The notes beneath the pieces are model-generated. The model was not told where the DNA came from, did not search any database, and worked only from the letters and a program-made list of their open reading frames with translations. DNA of 63,855 nt, counting the filler, from Collodictyon triciliatum (Eukaryota), in assembly GCA_043381765.1 (NCBI GenBank). It is 7 parts of 7 records of this genome, joined end to end, with 100 filler letters (N's around TTAATTAATTAA, not from the genome) between each part and the next. Parts side by side here need not be neighbours in the genome. Positions count along the whole stretch, not along the records: positions 1 to 11,770 come from JBHJMP010002317.1; positions 11,871 to 23,638 come from JBHJMP010002318.1; 5 more parts are not named here. One strand, given 5' to 3'. Below are positions 1-12,440 of the stretch, piece by piece. A program made the position numbers and the translations under genes. Position 1 is the stretch's first letter, and each line of letters starts with the position of its first letter.

Positions 1-119
1 GTTTTGATTGTTTTGATTGTTTTGATTGTTTTGATTGTTTTTTTTGTTTTGATTGTTTTGATTGTTTTTTGTTTTGTTTTTTGTAACCATACCATAATTG
101 GTGAATAATTATGGTATGA

Positions 120-1260
120 GGAAGCAAAAGGGCAGAGGAGGCACGCGCCCAAACAGCCGTTCGTGCTTTGCCTGTTGGAGATAATCATTTGACAACAGCG
201 CACAATCCTTCACCGAAACGACTTTTGCATGTTGATTATTGAGAAAGATTATTTGTAATTTTTATTATCCTCACGTTACAGATATTATACATTGCTTGGT
301 GGATGGGGTAGACGTCGTCATCTAGACTCATCAAGAAAATTAAATTATTGGAACTCCGCAACATGAACGGTTCCATTAGTTTAATAAGGGTTTAAAAGCT
401 TTCATCTAAAATATTGGATCTTTTGCCAGCCGCTTTGAGAATTTTTGTTAAAATATTAATTTTTAGAAAGCCATCTCTGTATGTCTTTTTTTTATTTAGT
501 AACCAAGTCAACTACAAATGCATCGGGTTCTAAGATAATATGTTTAAAATCTATGAAAAAAAAAATTGCCTAGCTATCTCTTTGAATGTCATGATTATCG
601 TGACATGTTTAAGATACCAGAAGTATCTTCTGCATTCGCAACTGTTGAGAAGATGATAGCACTTGTATTAATCGGAGGGGTGCATTATTGTAACCATACT
701 TTCTACGACAGGGGAATTAAAGAAAGATTCTGCTTTTTGGGTGGAATACGGACTAAGGTCTCCTTCTACTTTTTTACACTGCACTCTTCCTGCATACTCA
801 CATTGATTAATGCCAGCTTGATTATTTGTTGTGCGAGCAGTCTAGAACAAAACATGGTAGCCCAGGACATATGCCTTGCCTCTTCTGTTCATTGTGGCAT
901 TTTTGGTAGCGATGAATCTACTCCCTGATACCAGAAATATGAAGGATTTTAGTGCGATAGAAAGTTACGGTATTTTGTGTTATTACAGAATATTAAGATA
1001 CATAGAAGATTATATAAATTTATCTGCATAGTCCAATTATTCGGTAATAGATTGATTATTGGACACGTTTCTTTATATTCCACATATAGATAGGGTGATA
1101 TTGGTGCAAATCTGGATTTTTGGCCAATTTTGCTTTTGTTGGAATTTTCGCTTGTGTTGGGAGTGTATTTCGATCAAATGGTCTGTGTGTTTGGATGACA
1201 AAGGAAAGTTGCGCGGAGCGTCTGTTGTCCCCGAAGGACTGGGACGAGTGATCTACCGGG
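120..1260 (+). CDS. Possible partial spliced gene, unidentified, perhaps a membrane protein
   Basis: Short open blocks bounded by AG/GT, e.g. IPEVSSAFATVEKMIALVLIGG near 613-680 and PRTYALPLLFIVAFLVAMNLLPD near 861-970. No family recognised; exon chain uncertain. Confidence 0.25.
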
Positions 1261-1299
1261 CGTGCCTGATGTCCGCATACCTGGCGCATACATTTTTGC

Positions 1300-1453
1300 T
1301 CTTTTCTCTTTCTCTTTCTCTTTCTCTTTCTCTTTCTCTTTCTTTTTCTCTTTCTCTTTCTCTTTCTCTTTCTCTTTCTCTTTCTCTTTCTCTTTCTCTT
1401 TCTCTTTCTCTTTCTCTTTTTTCTTTTTTCTTTTCTTTTTCTTTTTCTTTTTT
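1300..1453. repeat. (TCTCTT)n-type microsatellite
   Basis: Direct tandem repeat. Confidence 0.9.
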
Positions 1454-1522
1454 CGTTCACCAGAAAGTCGAACGCTATTAAAGCAGATACCGGCGTAGTC
1501 TCCACTCCTCTTGAAGGCAACG

Positions 1523-4275
1523 ATGTCCAAGTACAAGCGGAAAAACACACTTCTCTACCTGCAACCCCAATCGGTACTGTGTAGAGAGCCACCCAATCCG
1601 TTCCTTTCATTCTTATTCATTTTGTCCGGGGGCTTTCTCTAAAGAGCATTTTTTTTATTCGAATGTTCCATGCACCCTTTAACTCCCTTTGAGCGCTGTA
1701 AGCAAAAGATCATTTAGTTTGAGCTCAAAATAGCAATTATGTGTTACCTTTGTGACTTTACTTTCACTATTAAATGACCATATTTCTTTTTTTCATCTTC
1801 TTCTGTTTAACATGTACACGCTACGGTAGGATGGATGTGAGAATGACCGAATCTTATGTGCCTTTGTTGTAAGATTTGACACAAAAGGAGGAAATCTCAT
1901 AGAGTGGCAGGTTTGACAGTCGTTCATGTTTAGTCTCAGCTGGGCAACCACAACCCGAACCGCACTACAAATATGCCCTCCTTTGTTTCTTTTTGCTTCA
2001 AAGAAGTATTTGACGAGTATTTTTGCTCTAATCGCTGCGAATTTTCCAATGGAGATGTAACCATGGCCGCATTTGAATAGCATCCGAAAAAATTCGACCT
2101 TGGAAACATTGAATTCAAAGCGATGCCAAGCGGCCTTCACAAACTGGAGCAAGATTTCGTGTAATTCCAAAACTAATGTTGTCATTAATTTGAATGATAA
2201 TAATAATATACGCCTGCGTGTGTTTGTTACGTTTGATGCATTTTTCTAGCTTCAATCACTTGTATAAGTTTGATAAAATGGATCAAATTCGCAGTTACTT
2301 TAAAATTGGAGATATGTATGGACTTGCTTGTTTCCACAGAAGAAAATTAGAGGGAGAGAACACTGAAAGAGGCGCCAGAATGAAAAGTGTTGGTGTTTTG
2401 ATGCATAGCTACACAGGATTGTACGTCCATCAGGATTTTTTGCAGAAGGAAGTTATGTAAGACAATTTGTCGCAATTAATATATGTTCAAATTAAAGCAG
2501 CTCCCTTTTCATGTATAGTTTTAAATATGTAAAATACGATACTGGAAGGATTCTTCATTGATTAATGCATATATAGCCATAACATGATGGTACTGTCAGA
2601 TATATTCAAGTTTGTTCCTTTTATTCTTGATTTGGTACTGAATAACTTCGCCTTGTTTGTGCTCTCCACCGAAACAGAATGCAGACATCTTTTGGAGTTG
2701 GCGACGCTGTGTACGGCTCTTTGGAAAATTACTTCCAATCTCATCAAAAACCAACATTATCCAGAGGGGAACTCTTGGTAAGGTTTCTTACGCTTTAAAA
2801 CTGCATTTAAATGCGCATAATTTAGTTTCTGCTACTTCCAAACGTCGAAAAATATATCACCCGATTTTTTTCAAAGATAACCCATCCCATCGGATCTTTT
2901 TACCACTTTGTGGAGTATTTTGGAGAAAAAGTGATTACCCTATGGAAAGCAGCGTTGCTGGGATACAGAATTCTGTTTTATACTGCACCACCAATCGGTT
3001 TTGCATCGTATACAGGTATTTTTTCCTAAAATTTAACTACCAGAAGTCAAGTTATTCCCAACTGATTACTTTTTTTTTTGGTAAATTATCAATTAGTATA
3101 CGACGCGTGCTGTTTACCGTTGCATACTTCATCAAATGCAAAGCATATTCATCCAAATCCCATGTTTTACGTCAATGTGGCAGATATTGATTACCTGGAA
3201 AACCAAGCAAATTACATCGCTGGTATGAGTCTTGTTTGCCCTTTTCGTCTTTTCTTTCACAACCTTTTTCTCTTTTTCTTTCTTGCTTATGTGTCTGTAA
3301 TTGTGTATTTTAACCTTTTAGTATTGCTCAATTGGAATAGTCTACAAAATGGAACCAAACTATTTTCTTTAGCAACGACAGAAAGCATATTCTCGGGAAA
3401 GATACGGCTATACGACGTCTATGTTGACCAAAGGAATCTTATTATCCAAGACCCCATCGTCATTCAGGCTTGCAAATTGTTTGTTTCCCTTATTTTATAG
3501 GAATGAATGGCAACCTGAACGCGTGGCATTTCCTCAGTGCCAAACAAGCAACAAGAAATAAATTCTATATCTGATACACTTATAAATAATCATGCTTCTT
3601 ATTGTTGCATTTTACCTTTCAGCACGAGCGGAGACCAAGAACGACTCAACAATTTCAAAGGCTTGAAAGAACAGGTATCGAGTAATCGAAGGGGCCACGC
3701 AGATACATCAAGCGCAGATGACCAAAGTTTGAAGAAGTAAGCACATATCGAGTTTGTGTAGTCGTGTAACAAACTTTATTCACTCCATAAGCTCGAACCA
3801 TTCCACCATTCTGGCATGAAACATATACGATTTATACAATAGAGCAAGATTGTTTTCGGAGCATTCCATTTTCTTTTTTTCTTCTATTTTTAAAAATACG
3901 TTGAACCTACACAACCAAACATATTGTCTTTACACCAAACTACATTCTCCCAGCTTCTTTCTCAACATGAACACAACGCTTCTGAATCTCCTTTACAATG
4001 CATCCATGACAAAGGAGCCGGTTGGTCTTTGATAGACATTTTATGCCTTTCATCAATTTATCAGTTCAACAATGCCGTTGGGTTTGAGTCATCTCATCTT
4101 ATTTTGAAGTTTGAGCAACGAAGACATTCACTCCAACAAACCACAACAGATATCAGTTCGCCACGCAGCAAGTTTTGGGCTTCACCAATCAGACTTTGAT
4201 TTCTTGCAAGGAGTGTGCGAAATATACGGACTTGAAGTCGTCATAGCGGATGATTGGAATGCTTCGTGCTGCTGA
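1523..4275 (+). CDS. DENND11: DENN domain-containing protein 11 (LCHN/KIAA1147-like), multi-exon
   Basis: Spliced exons give FVVRFDTKGGNLIEW, IEFKAMPSGLHKLEQDFVYF, GLACF...ERGARMKSVGVL, ITHPIGSF...WKAALL..RILF.APP.G and FYVNVADID, all characteristic of DENND11. Ends SCC-TGA at 4275. Confidence 0.85.
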
Positions 4276-4879
4276 TTCGCTCGCCACGCAAACATATTTC
4301 TCCATAATACATAGCCGCCTCCTCGCCGACCATTTATAATCCTGCTGTCTGCTTTCTACTGTTGCACCGAATCTATTTCAACTCCACCTATAGCAGCGTC
4401 ATTCTTTTCGGAAACTATATTTGGCCATATACGACTTATTTCGACACACTCGCTCGCCAAATCGCATTTTTTTTCATTCTTTCTTTCATAAACGAACACG
4501 AAACTGGTTTTCTCCAAGCGTCCAATTCTTTTCTTTTGTGAGATTTGGGTGTGGTATCGTTTCCGCCCTCAAATCCACAATTAGTAAATGCCATTCCGTG
4601 CAAATATTTGGACATAAAAGAAAAGATTCACAGAAAACCCACAATAGGCATTCCGCAACGGAATCATGCCCAAAGTAACATCCAAAACCAATCTGCAAAG
4701 TCAAAGAATCAAAAAAACGAAAGAAAAAAAAGAGAAAAACTCAAGGCTGCATGCGAAATAAATCGCGAGTGGGAATGACATGTCTCAATAAAATGAAGTG
4801 AGCTCGGGAGGCAGCTGGAAAGGCTCTACTCAGAGGAAGAGAAAAAAGTATCGGAAGCTAACCGCGGACAAGCCTCATC

Positions 4880-7191
4880 ATGAGCGGGACAGAACGAAAA
4901 ACAGGTTTGAAGAATAAGAAAGCATTTCTTTCTCTTTTTTTTAAGTTGTTTGTCGTAACATTTTTCTCTTATGTGATTCTTCCTGTTCAGTCACGCGCAC
5001 GTCAATATTCTCCCATCCGCCCGCAGATAATCCTGAACAGAAATAAAACCTTTTTGCGCGTCTTTCTTTTACCCTACGCACTGTCTCTCAAACTTCTTCC
5101 TTCATCTTTGTTATGACATTACTCCAGCACAACACTTACAAATCCCTGCCACAAATCGAATGTTTTCACCAAAAGTCAAAAGGGAATCCTGACAAAAAAT
5201 CAGAAAAAACTGAAAAAAAAGACGGTATTTTTCATACAAATAATTACGCTTGCAGGAACGCGTCGTCCGCAGAGCCCCGCCAGTCCAACGAGCACACACA
5301 AGCCGACCATCACCGCATCCAAAAGAGCACAACAAGTATTCCAGACAAGCATTGTCGTCAATGATCGAAACGGTACTGATTCAAACTCTCCCTCATTTCC
5401 TTTCTCTGCATATTCAACATGTGTCTTCGCATGTTTATATGCCTCTGTTTTTGCTAAAAAAAAATGTTGAAAAGAACGACGATTTCAATTAGTCTCTCAT
5501 CTTTGGTCTATCCGCTTCACTAAATAACCATTTCGATGGCCACAATGATTACTTTCATCACTTTATTCATCTTTGTCATGATTACATTTTGCCCGTTATT
5601 ATTTTTTTAATATTCTTTTTCTCATTCCCAAACCTGCGTGCTCACCAGAAAAGCACCGATACCACGACTATGTGATGCAGCAGATTAGCAACGGCAGCAG
5701 CACGATTCGCTCTGAGCGCGAGACTCCAGCGCAGAAGGAACAGAAAGAGCCACGCCAAACTCTGCAAAGACCCGCGTCTGCTCCGATGGCCCGACCGCGC
5801 GGTGGGATTCCCGGGGCTGCTGAGGCAAACCCCTTCGTTGTGACAAGCTATCAGCTTCTGCAGGAAGACCCGTCTATCGATAAGGCCGATGCCGTAATGG
5901 CTTTCTTCCTCATATCCTCTTCTTATTTTCTATGTTACCAAACAGCATATTTCATATGATGCAAATCTGCATCGTAATGCCGCATCTGATGAATACATTT
6001 GACTGGATGACGTTTTTATGGGGCTTTCTTTTCCTATATATTATCATCGTGCCGATCATTCCATTATTTTATAATACCAAGCTAGACTCACGATGTGTTA
6101 ACGCAAATCTCAAAGGGAGTCGAGCACTATGCTGGGAGTGTGAAGGCTGTGAAGATGGGCAAAAGCGACTTCCCGGAGGCCCTGCGAGCTCAAGGATGCG
6201 GCCATGCGATTATCCAGCCCAACAACACGATTCATCGCTACCACACAAAGACTGACCTGACGTTCGAGACGGGAATCAGGCCAAGCAGCGCTGGAAACAA
6301 CCCGCGTTTGATTGCAACTGGTATCATTGTTTCCTTTTCCTTTTCCTTTTCCTTTTTCCTTTTTCCTTTTTTCTTTTTCCTTTTTCCTTTTTCCTTTTTC
6401 CTTTTTCCTTTTTCCTTTTTCCTTTTTCCTTTTTCCTTTTTCCTTTTTCCTTTATCTTTTTCTTTTTCTTTTTTCCTTTATCTTTTTCTTTACCATCATC
6501 CTTTTTCCTTTTTCCTTTTTCCTTTTTCCTTTTTCCTTTTTCCTTTTTCCTTTTTCCTTTTTCCTTTTCTTTTTTGTTCTCATCGAATGTATCTCGTGGT
6601 ATTACCAAAACTGCCGATACAATAGGGGATTTAAGAACCTTTTATTCTCACATGATATTTTATCTGTCTTGATGCATCAGTTCTAATGTTTGAACAGGAA
6701 AGATATTTTCATCGCTGCCTTTGAGAGAAATAAAAAAAAAATAGATATATGATTCTTCTGATAATTGATGTCTGCATCCAGCACAAGTGGCCACACCACC
6801 TTATCCAGCCACCTGTGGCCGTCGTTCGTGCTACGACCACTACTTTTACGTCATCGACAGAGAAGAGAAGCTGGGACTTCGAAAAGGTTTCGCTTTATCA
6901 AACACCCGTTCATTTCATGTATATAGAAAAAAGAAAACATCTAACTATCTTCAACATTGTCTGGTTCTTCGCATTTACGACTGCTTCTCCTTTCTTTGTA
7001 ATAACTTGCACTGAAAATATAAGTTGAATGTAACAATGTTCAGTTTGTTGTTTGTAATCGGAGCCTTCGTGATGCAAATAGATTTTACAGAATACGAAAG
7101 AACGAAAAAGATTCACAACCCGTATGCAAACTATGAATCGTTCCATGGGAAGCAGAATGCAACAGCAAAAGTCACTGGTGATTATTCCTGA
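4880..7191 (+). CDS. Spliced gene encoding an unidentified hydrophilic protein
   Basis: GC-richer exons with AG/GT ends at about 5256-5371, 5649-5893, 6086-6320, 6782-6886 and 7091-7191. Contains RPASAP and RPSSAG motifs. 5' end uncertain. Confidence 0.5.
6330..6575. repeat. Intronic (CCTTTTT)n microsatellite
   Basis: Direct tandem repeat. Confidence 0.9.
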
Positions 7192-8174
7192 CAAACACAC
7201 AAACACACTCCTCTTTTTTTATGTTCATGTGAAAGACTTGCTCATGTATTAAGCTTCAAGAAACGCATATACGATGACGATGTTTGGTCTGATACATCGA
7301 TATGCACATGTGTTTTTTATATGGCAACTGAAACCCTCTTTGAATCGGAGGGAATCCATACAACCACGTGACTAAATCATGCATGTGTTTTGCAAAGGAT
7401 ACCGAATGATTAATCCAAACATGCCGCTTCACATGCACGACCCCACAAACAAGACAATCCCGTTCTTTATCCACACCACACGCGACGCAGCGATTTACAA
7501 CGGGCTTCCAACTTCAAACCCGCTTTTCTGAGGCCCCCCTGTGATTCACGCAGTTTTCCCCTTTGGAAGGCCAACCACGCCTCAAAGTCTCCCCCTCTCT
7601 TGGAAACCTTCGCAACAACCTTAGTTTATCATTATCACTCATCAGAAATACTCTTTTATTTTGATTTTAAAAGAAAGAAAGAAAATCGTCGGCCTTTGTT
7701 CCTGTTCCTGTTCTTGTCCTTGTTTTGTTGCTTTTATCTTCCGCATTAAATAACTCAGTCGCAAAGAAAAACAGAAATATCCTAAGAATAAAATAGTATA
7801 TCTTTCGTAATATGCACACTCACAAAAAGCGACTTGATCGCTGCCTCCGTGCCTGCTTTCTCTGCGCTTTCTTTGAAAGTAAACTCCACCTTGTGCGGCT
7901 ATCCGGAGACTTTTCGCTCGTAAAAATCAACTACTCGACTAATCACCAATCATTCTGCGTCCCTCTCTTTTTATCTTTTCTCCTTTTTTTTTTTCCTTTT
8001 CTTTTTCTTTTTTTTCTTTTCCTTGAAAGAACTAACAGCGAAAAAGAGGCTGGGTCGGTGAAAAGGAATGGAAGTCTTACAAACAAGTGGTTTCTCTTTT
8101 CTCTTCTTTTCTCTTTCTCTTTTCTTCTTTCTATCTGCCTATGTTTCCTTAATCATCCATATTCTTCATCTAGG

Positions 8175-9387
8175 ATGCAATCGATTAGCTTGCTGGACAC
8201 GCAACAGCAGGGTCAGCTTTGCCAAACAGATTTTCTTTGTCCTTTGCCTGCAAGAGAAAAATGGTTTTGTGAGGCTCTTGATTTTGTATTCGGGTGTCAA
8301 GGAAGAATATACCTGCTGCTGATGTTGGTTTTAATTGTGTAAGCCAGATATAAAAGCCTTCGAGTCGGTGGTGAAAGAGACGCATCGGAAGCTTGTACAT
8401 GAGAGAAGAGAGAGGCTGGGTCTGCTCTACTTTCATTTTTCATTTTTCATTTTTCATTTTTCATTTTCATTTTTTTTCACATGTAACAATATCTGTATCT
8501 TCCACTCCTAACGCTAGATAACTGTACAGGTGTTTTGTATATTCTGGTGATTTGGTTCGGGTTGTCCCTGTGGTGGTATTCTCGGACGACTCCTTGGGTG
8601 GCAGTTCTAGACTTTGTGTATGGAAGAAGTGGACAGGACATCAACTGTTTCTTCATCTCTGCAGATGACCAAGGAACTGTGGTGTGTGTTGCCTTATACA
8701 AAATAATATCACATTGGCAACAAAAAAAATTTTTTTTTTATATATTATGATGAATTTCTTACTGTTGATATGATTCACGTTTATAACTTATTAATGAAAA
8801 AAATATATCATTCACCGGATATATAACTCATGCTTTTGTTATTAATTAAGACACCGTCATAAGTGGGATGAGTACAGAATTACGCACACTAATTGAATGA
8901 ATTAAGAGGGATTGACCTCCTATATTTTTATATTTTCACTCGAAATTGTGACATAAAAACATATATGGTATAGGACTGCCTGGCGAAGAAGTTTGATGGG
9001 ACAAATGACATCTCTTTCATCAATCTTTTCTTTTCTGTCACGGCGCTTGTTGTGTATCTGGTCTTCGGCCGTGTAATTCATTACTCTTTTCAACCAGAAA
9101 AGTTTGTAATTTTTTTACTTAACAACAACAACAACAAAAAAAAAAAAATTAGAGAAAAAGGAAATTATTATTATAAAACTTTTTATTTAATTGCAATGAA
9201 GAAATATAAGTTTTACTTTAACTCGTCCACAGAAAAAAATAAAAATGAATTGGTTATTAAAAAAAATGTATTTAGTTATCAAGGACACCTGAATTCTTCT
9301 CTCCTTCCACTTGGGTTACACTTTTGCTTCAAGACGTGGAGGCTGTACCGCATTCCTGAGTCTGTCCATCGACAACTCCAAAAATGA
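8175..9387 (+). CDS. CNEP1R1/TMEM188/Spo7-like nuclear envelope phosphatase regulatory subunit
   Basis: Phase-consistent splicing gives MQSISLLDTQQQ-DIKAFE (compare DLKAFE), two hydrophobic helices (VLYILVIWFGLSLWWY; FINLFFSVTALVVYLVFG) and a C-terminal QPENYQGHLNSSLLPLGLHF...WRL. Confidence 0.6.
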
Positions 9388-10239
9388 GGGTAGAAGGAAG
9401 AGGATAAGAAGAAAAGTAAGGGGACGGTGAATAATGCATCTCCTTTCAGTATTAGGCAAAAATAAAGTGTATCATTTGAATGAAAGATATGTATAAAAGA
9501 TAAAGGACAGTTTTTTTTTAAAAAAAAATAGAATTTCTTTCAATAAAAAAAAACGTGAATCTCAATAATACATAAAATCGAAAGAAAAATAGCTTTATTT
9601 CTTTTCTTTTTTTGGTCAAGAAAAAGGAGGAAAGTATAGTATGAATGAGTTCACGAGAATATGATTTGTATTTTGCAGCAAGAAAGTCAGATAAAGGTAT
9701 TTTATCTTTTCACACATTCATTTTGCTAACCAAGGAAGTAAAAGTGTAAAAGAAGGTGAAAAAAAAAAAAAAGAAAAAGAAAAAGGAAACGAGAAAGGAA
9801 CAAGAGGGGAACATAGCCAATTAGCATTTCATAGTTAGCTTTGTCTCCGTCCTTCTCAAAAAGCTGATACATTGTTTTCTAGAAAAGAAGATAAAGATAA
9901 AAAAAAAAAAAGAATGGAAAAATTCGCAGGCAGCTCAGTCCTCAAAAACAAAGAAATATTCAAAAAAAAAGAAGTAGAAAAGAAAAAAGAAAAGAGCTGG
10001 ACAACTATGCTCGCTATGAAGAAAAGAATCACGGACTGAAAGTATATGGCACATCCATGCAGACATCACTGCCGCACACAGACTCCAATGCCACAGGTAT
10101 TTTGAATCGGCCCTTCTCTTGCATCCTTTTTTTTTTCCCATCTCTTCTGAACCTCACTCACTCACTCTCTCTCTCTCTATCTCTATCTTTCATCCCTTCT
10201 CACATCAAACAAACAAAAAAATTAATAATTAAAAGATAA

Positions 10240-10403
<164 letters not shown>

Positions 10404-10408
10404 AGGGG

Positions 10409-11494
10409 CTAGTAGGTGGGATATCCGCCGTGGATGACCATGACGACATCGTCGCCGCGCAGGATGGTGCCGCGGGAGTACTCTGTGTGCCACATGTTCT
10501 GGACGACGTCTGTGAACTGGAACTTGTGGTAGATGGAGCGCGCAAGGCCCCAGTTTGTCTTCTCGGCCAGGACGCGGAAGATCTCGATGTCGTAGGGGTC
10601 CTCCTTGCCGGACTCGCGGATGACGGGGAGGACGACCTCGAAGTAGAACCAGCGGAAGCGGTAGTCGCGCAGGTTGTACAAGGCGTTGCCGTTGACGTGG
10701 TAGAAGAAGGACTTTGCGTGGGGCACGTACTTGAAGGCGCCGCGGTAGAGGCTGCCCTTTGCCCAGAAGCTGGGGTTTGGCCAGCGCGTCATGGCGTCCA
10801 GGACCATGAGCCAGCCGGCGCGGATGGGGCGGCAGTCGGGCTCCATGAAGTAGACGTAGTGCGCGTCCTCCAGGCGCAGGCCGCCCGCAAGCATGTGCTC
10901 AAACATCAGCCGCGAGCCGCGCGGGTAGTCGTCGTCCGCGCCGACAAGGTGGATGTAGCGGAACTCAAACCCGCCAAAGCACTCGCGCACGTCCGGCGGC
11001 AGCGCAAGGAACGCCTGCGTCACGTTTGCGTCCACGTTGTCGCGCACAGGGTCCCCCGCAATAAAGAACGTCAGCTTCGCCTGCCCGTACAGCCTCATCC
11101 GGTGCTTCTTGGCCATCCGCAGCGTCTCGCGCAGCCGCACGTTCTGCTTCGCCGCCGCGTGCTCCCGGCTCGTGATGCACGGCGCATACGTCGTCCACAG
11201 CTGCAGGTTCTCGATCGCCCGCCCCGTCTGCTTCACGTGGAACGGCATCAGCACGTGCGTCAGCTTCTGCGTGTCGTAGTCCGCCTCCCCCGGGTACAGC
11301 CGGCTCACGTTGCGCACGGGCCCTGCGATGCGCAGCCCGTCGCGTGGTGATGATGGTGGTGGTGATGGTGGTGATGATGGTGGTGATGGTGGTGATGATG
11401 GTGGTGATGTGAGTGTCCAGAGCAGATGTGCCGTGCTTGCTGTGGTCAGGGCGATGAGCAGGATGAATGGCACGAGTGGTATCGTCACGGGCAT
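10409..11494 (-). CDS. Intronless, GC-rich type II membrane protein, putative glycosyltransferase (family unassigned)
   Basis: 361-aa ORF with strong C/G third-position bias, N-terminal TM, Pro/Ser stem, then YVYFMEPD (DxD-like position), FWAKGS.YRG, HVNGNALY, YD and a terminal IHGG. Confidence 0.7.
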   Translation of the reverse strand: MPVTIPLVPFILLIALTTASTAHLLWTLTSPPSSPPSPPSSPPSPPPSSPRDGLRIAGPVRNVSRLYPGEADYDTQKLTHVLMPFHVKQTGRAIENLQLWTTYAPCITSREHAAAKQNVRLRETLRMAKKHRMRLYGQAKLTFFIAGDPVRDNVDANVTQAFLALPPDVRECFGGFEFRYIHLVGADDDYPRGSRLMFEHMLAGGLRLEDAHYVYFMEPDCRPIRAGWLMVLDAMTRWPNPSFWAKGSLYRGAFKYVPHAKSFFYHVNGNALYNLRDYRFRWFYFEVVLPVIRESGKEDPYDIEIFRVLAEKTNWGLARSIYHKFQFTDVVQNMWHTEYSRGTILRGDDVVMVIHGGYPTY

Positions 11495-11676
11495 CGTTCG
11501 GTGGGGTGTCGGTGTGTGTCTGTGTGTGTGTGTGTGTGTCTGTGTTTTTTTTTTTTTTTGACGATGCTCCCTGGTATGTCTTCTTGGTGTCTCTCGGTGC
11601 TGGTCGTTCTATCGGTGCTGAAAGAATTCGTGAATTTGTTGGTGGGTCGTTTTTTGTTTTTTTTTGTTTTCTTTTT

Positions 11677-11770
<94 letters not shown>

Positions 11771-11870
11771 NNNNNNNNNNNNNNNNNNNNNNNNNNNNNN
11801 NNNNNNNNNNNNNNTTAATTAATTAANNNNNNNNNNNNNNNNNNNNNNNNNNNNNNNNNNNNNNNNNNNN
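11771..11870. other. Artificial assembly linker (N-TTAATTAATTAA-N); also at 23639-23738, 35515-35614, 45624-45723, 57482-57581 and 62623-62722
   Basis: Identical 100-nt spacers with a six-frame stop core. Confidence 0.97.
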
Positions 11871-12440
11871 CCAGCATAGGGTTGAGGTCCGGCATAGGGT
11901 TGAGGTCCAGCGAATGGTTGAGGTCCAGCAAAGGGTTGAGGTCCAGCGAATGGTTGAGGTCCAGCAAAAGGTTGAGGTCCAGCATAGGGTTGAGGTCCAG
12001 CATAGGGTTGAGGTCCAGCAAAAGGTTGAGGTCCAGCATAGGGTTGAGGTCCATCGAATGGTTGAGGTCCAGCATAGGGTTGAGGTCCGGCATAGGGTTG
12101 AGGTCCATCGAAGGGTTGAGGTCCAGCATAGGGTTGAGGTCCATCGAATGGTTGAGGTCCAGCATAGGGTTGAGGTCCGGCATAGGGTTGAGGTCCATCG
12201 AATGGTTGAGGTCCAGCATAGGGTTGAGGTCCGGCATAGGGTTGAGGTCCAGCAAAAGGTTGAGGTCCAGCATAGGGTTGAGGTCCATCGAATGGTTGAG
12301 GTCCAGCATAGGGTTGAGGTCCATCGAATGGTTGAGGTCCAGCATAGGGTTGAGGTCCGGCATAGGGTTGAGGTCCATCGAATGGTTGAGGTCCAGCAAA
12401 AGGTTGAGGTCCAGCAAAAGGTTGAAGTCCAGCATAGGGT
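11871..12440 (-). repeat. Coding 18-bp tandem repeat encoding GPQP(Y/F)(A/D), about 31 copies
   Basis: Unit such as gttgaggtccagcatagg on + repeats with few variants up to the gap, in frame with the WD40 exon. Confidence 0.95.

Noticed and set aside
7393-7402. Perfect GTATCCTTT U12 donor on the minus strand (and ATATCCTT at 52857 on +)
   Set aside because: No convincing exon or branch site associated with either.
7480-7625. RNase MRP-like motifs (ACAACGGGCTT, AAAGTCTCCCC)
   Set aside because: The motifs are in the wrong order and imperfect; a covariance-model search would be needed.
10430-11350. 306-aa antisense ORF, and overlapping ORFs at 36431-37596 and 39746-41515
   Set aside because: Shadow ORFs caused by high GC and codon bias of the real genes.
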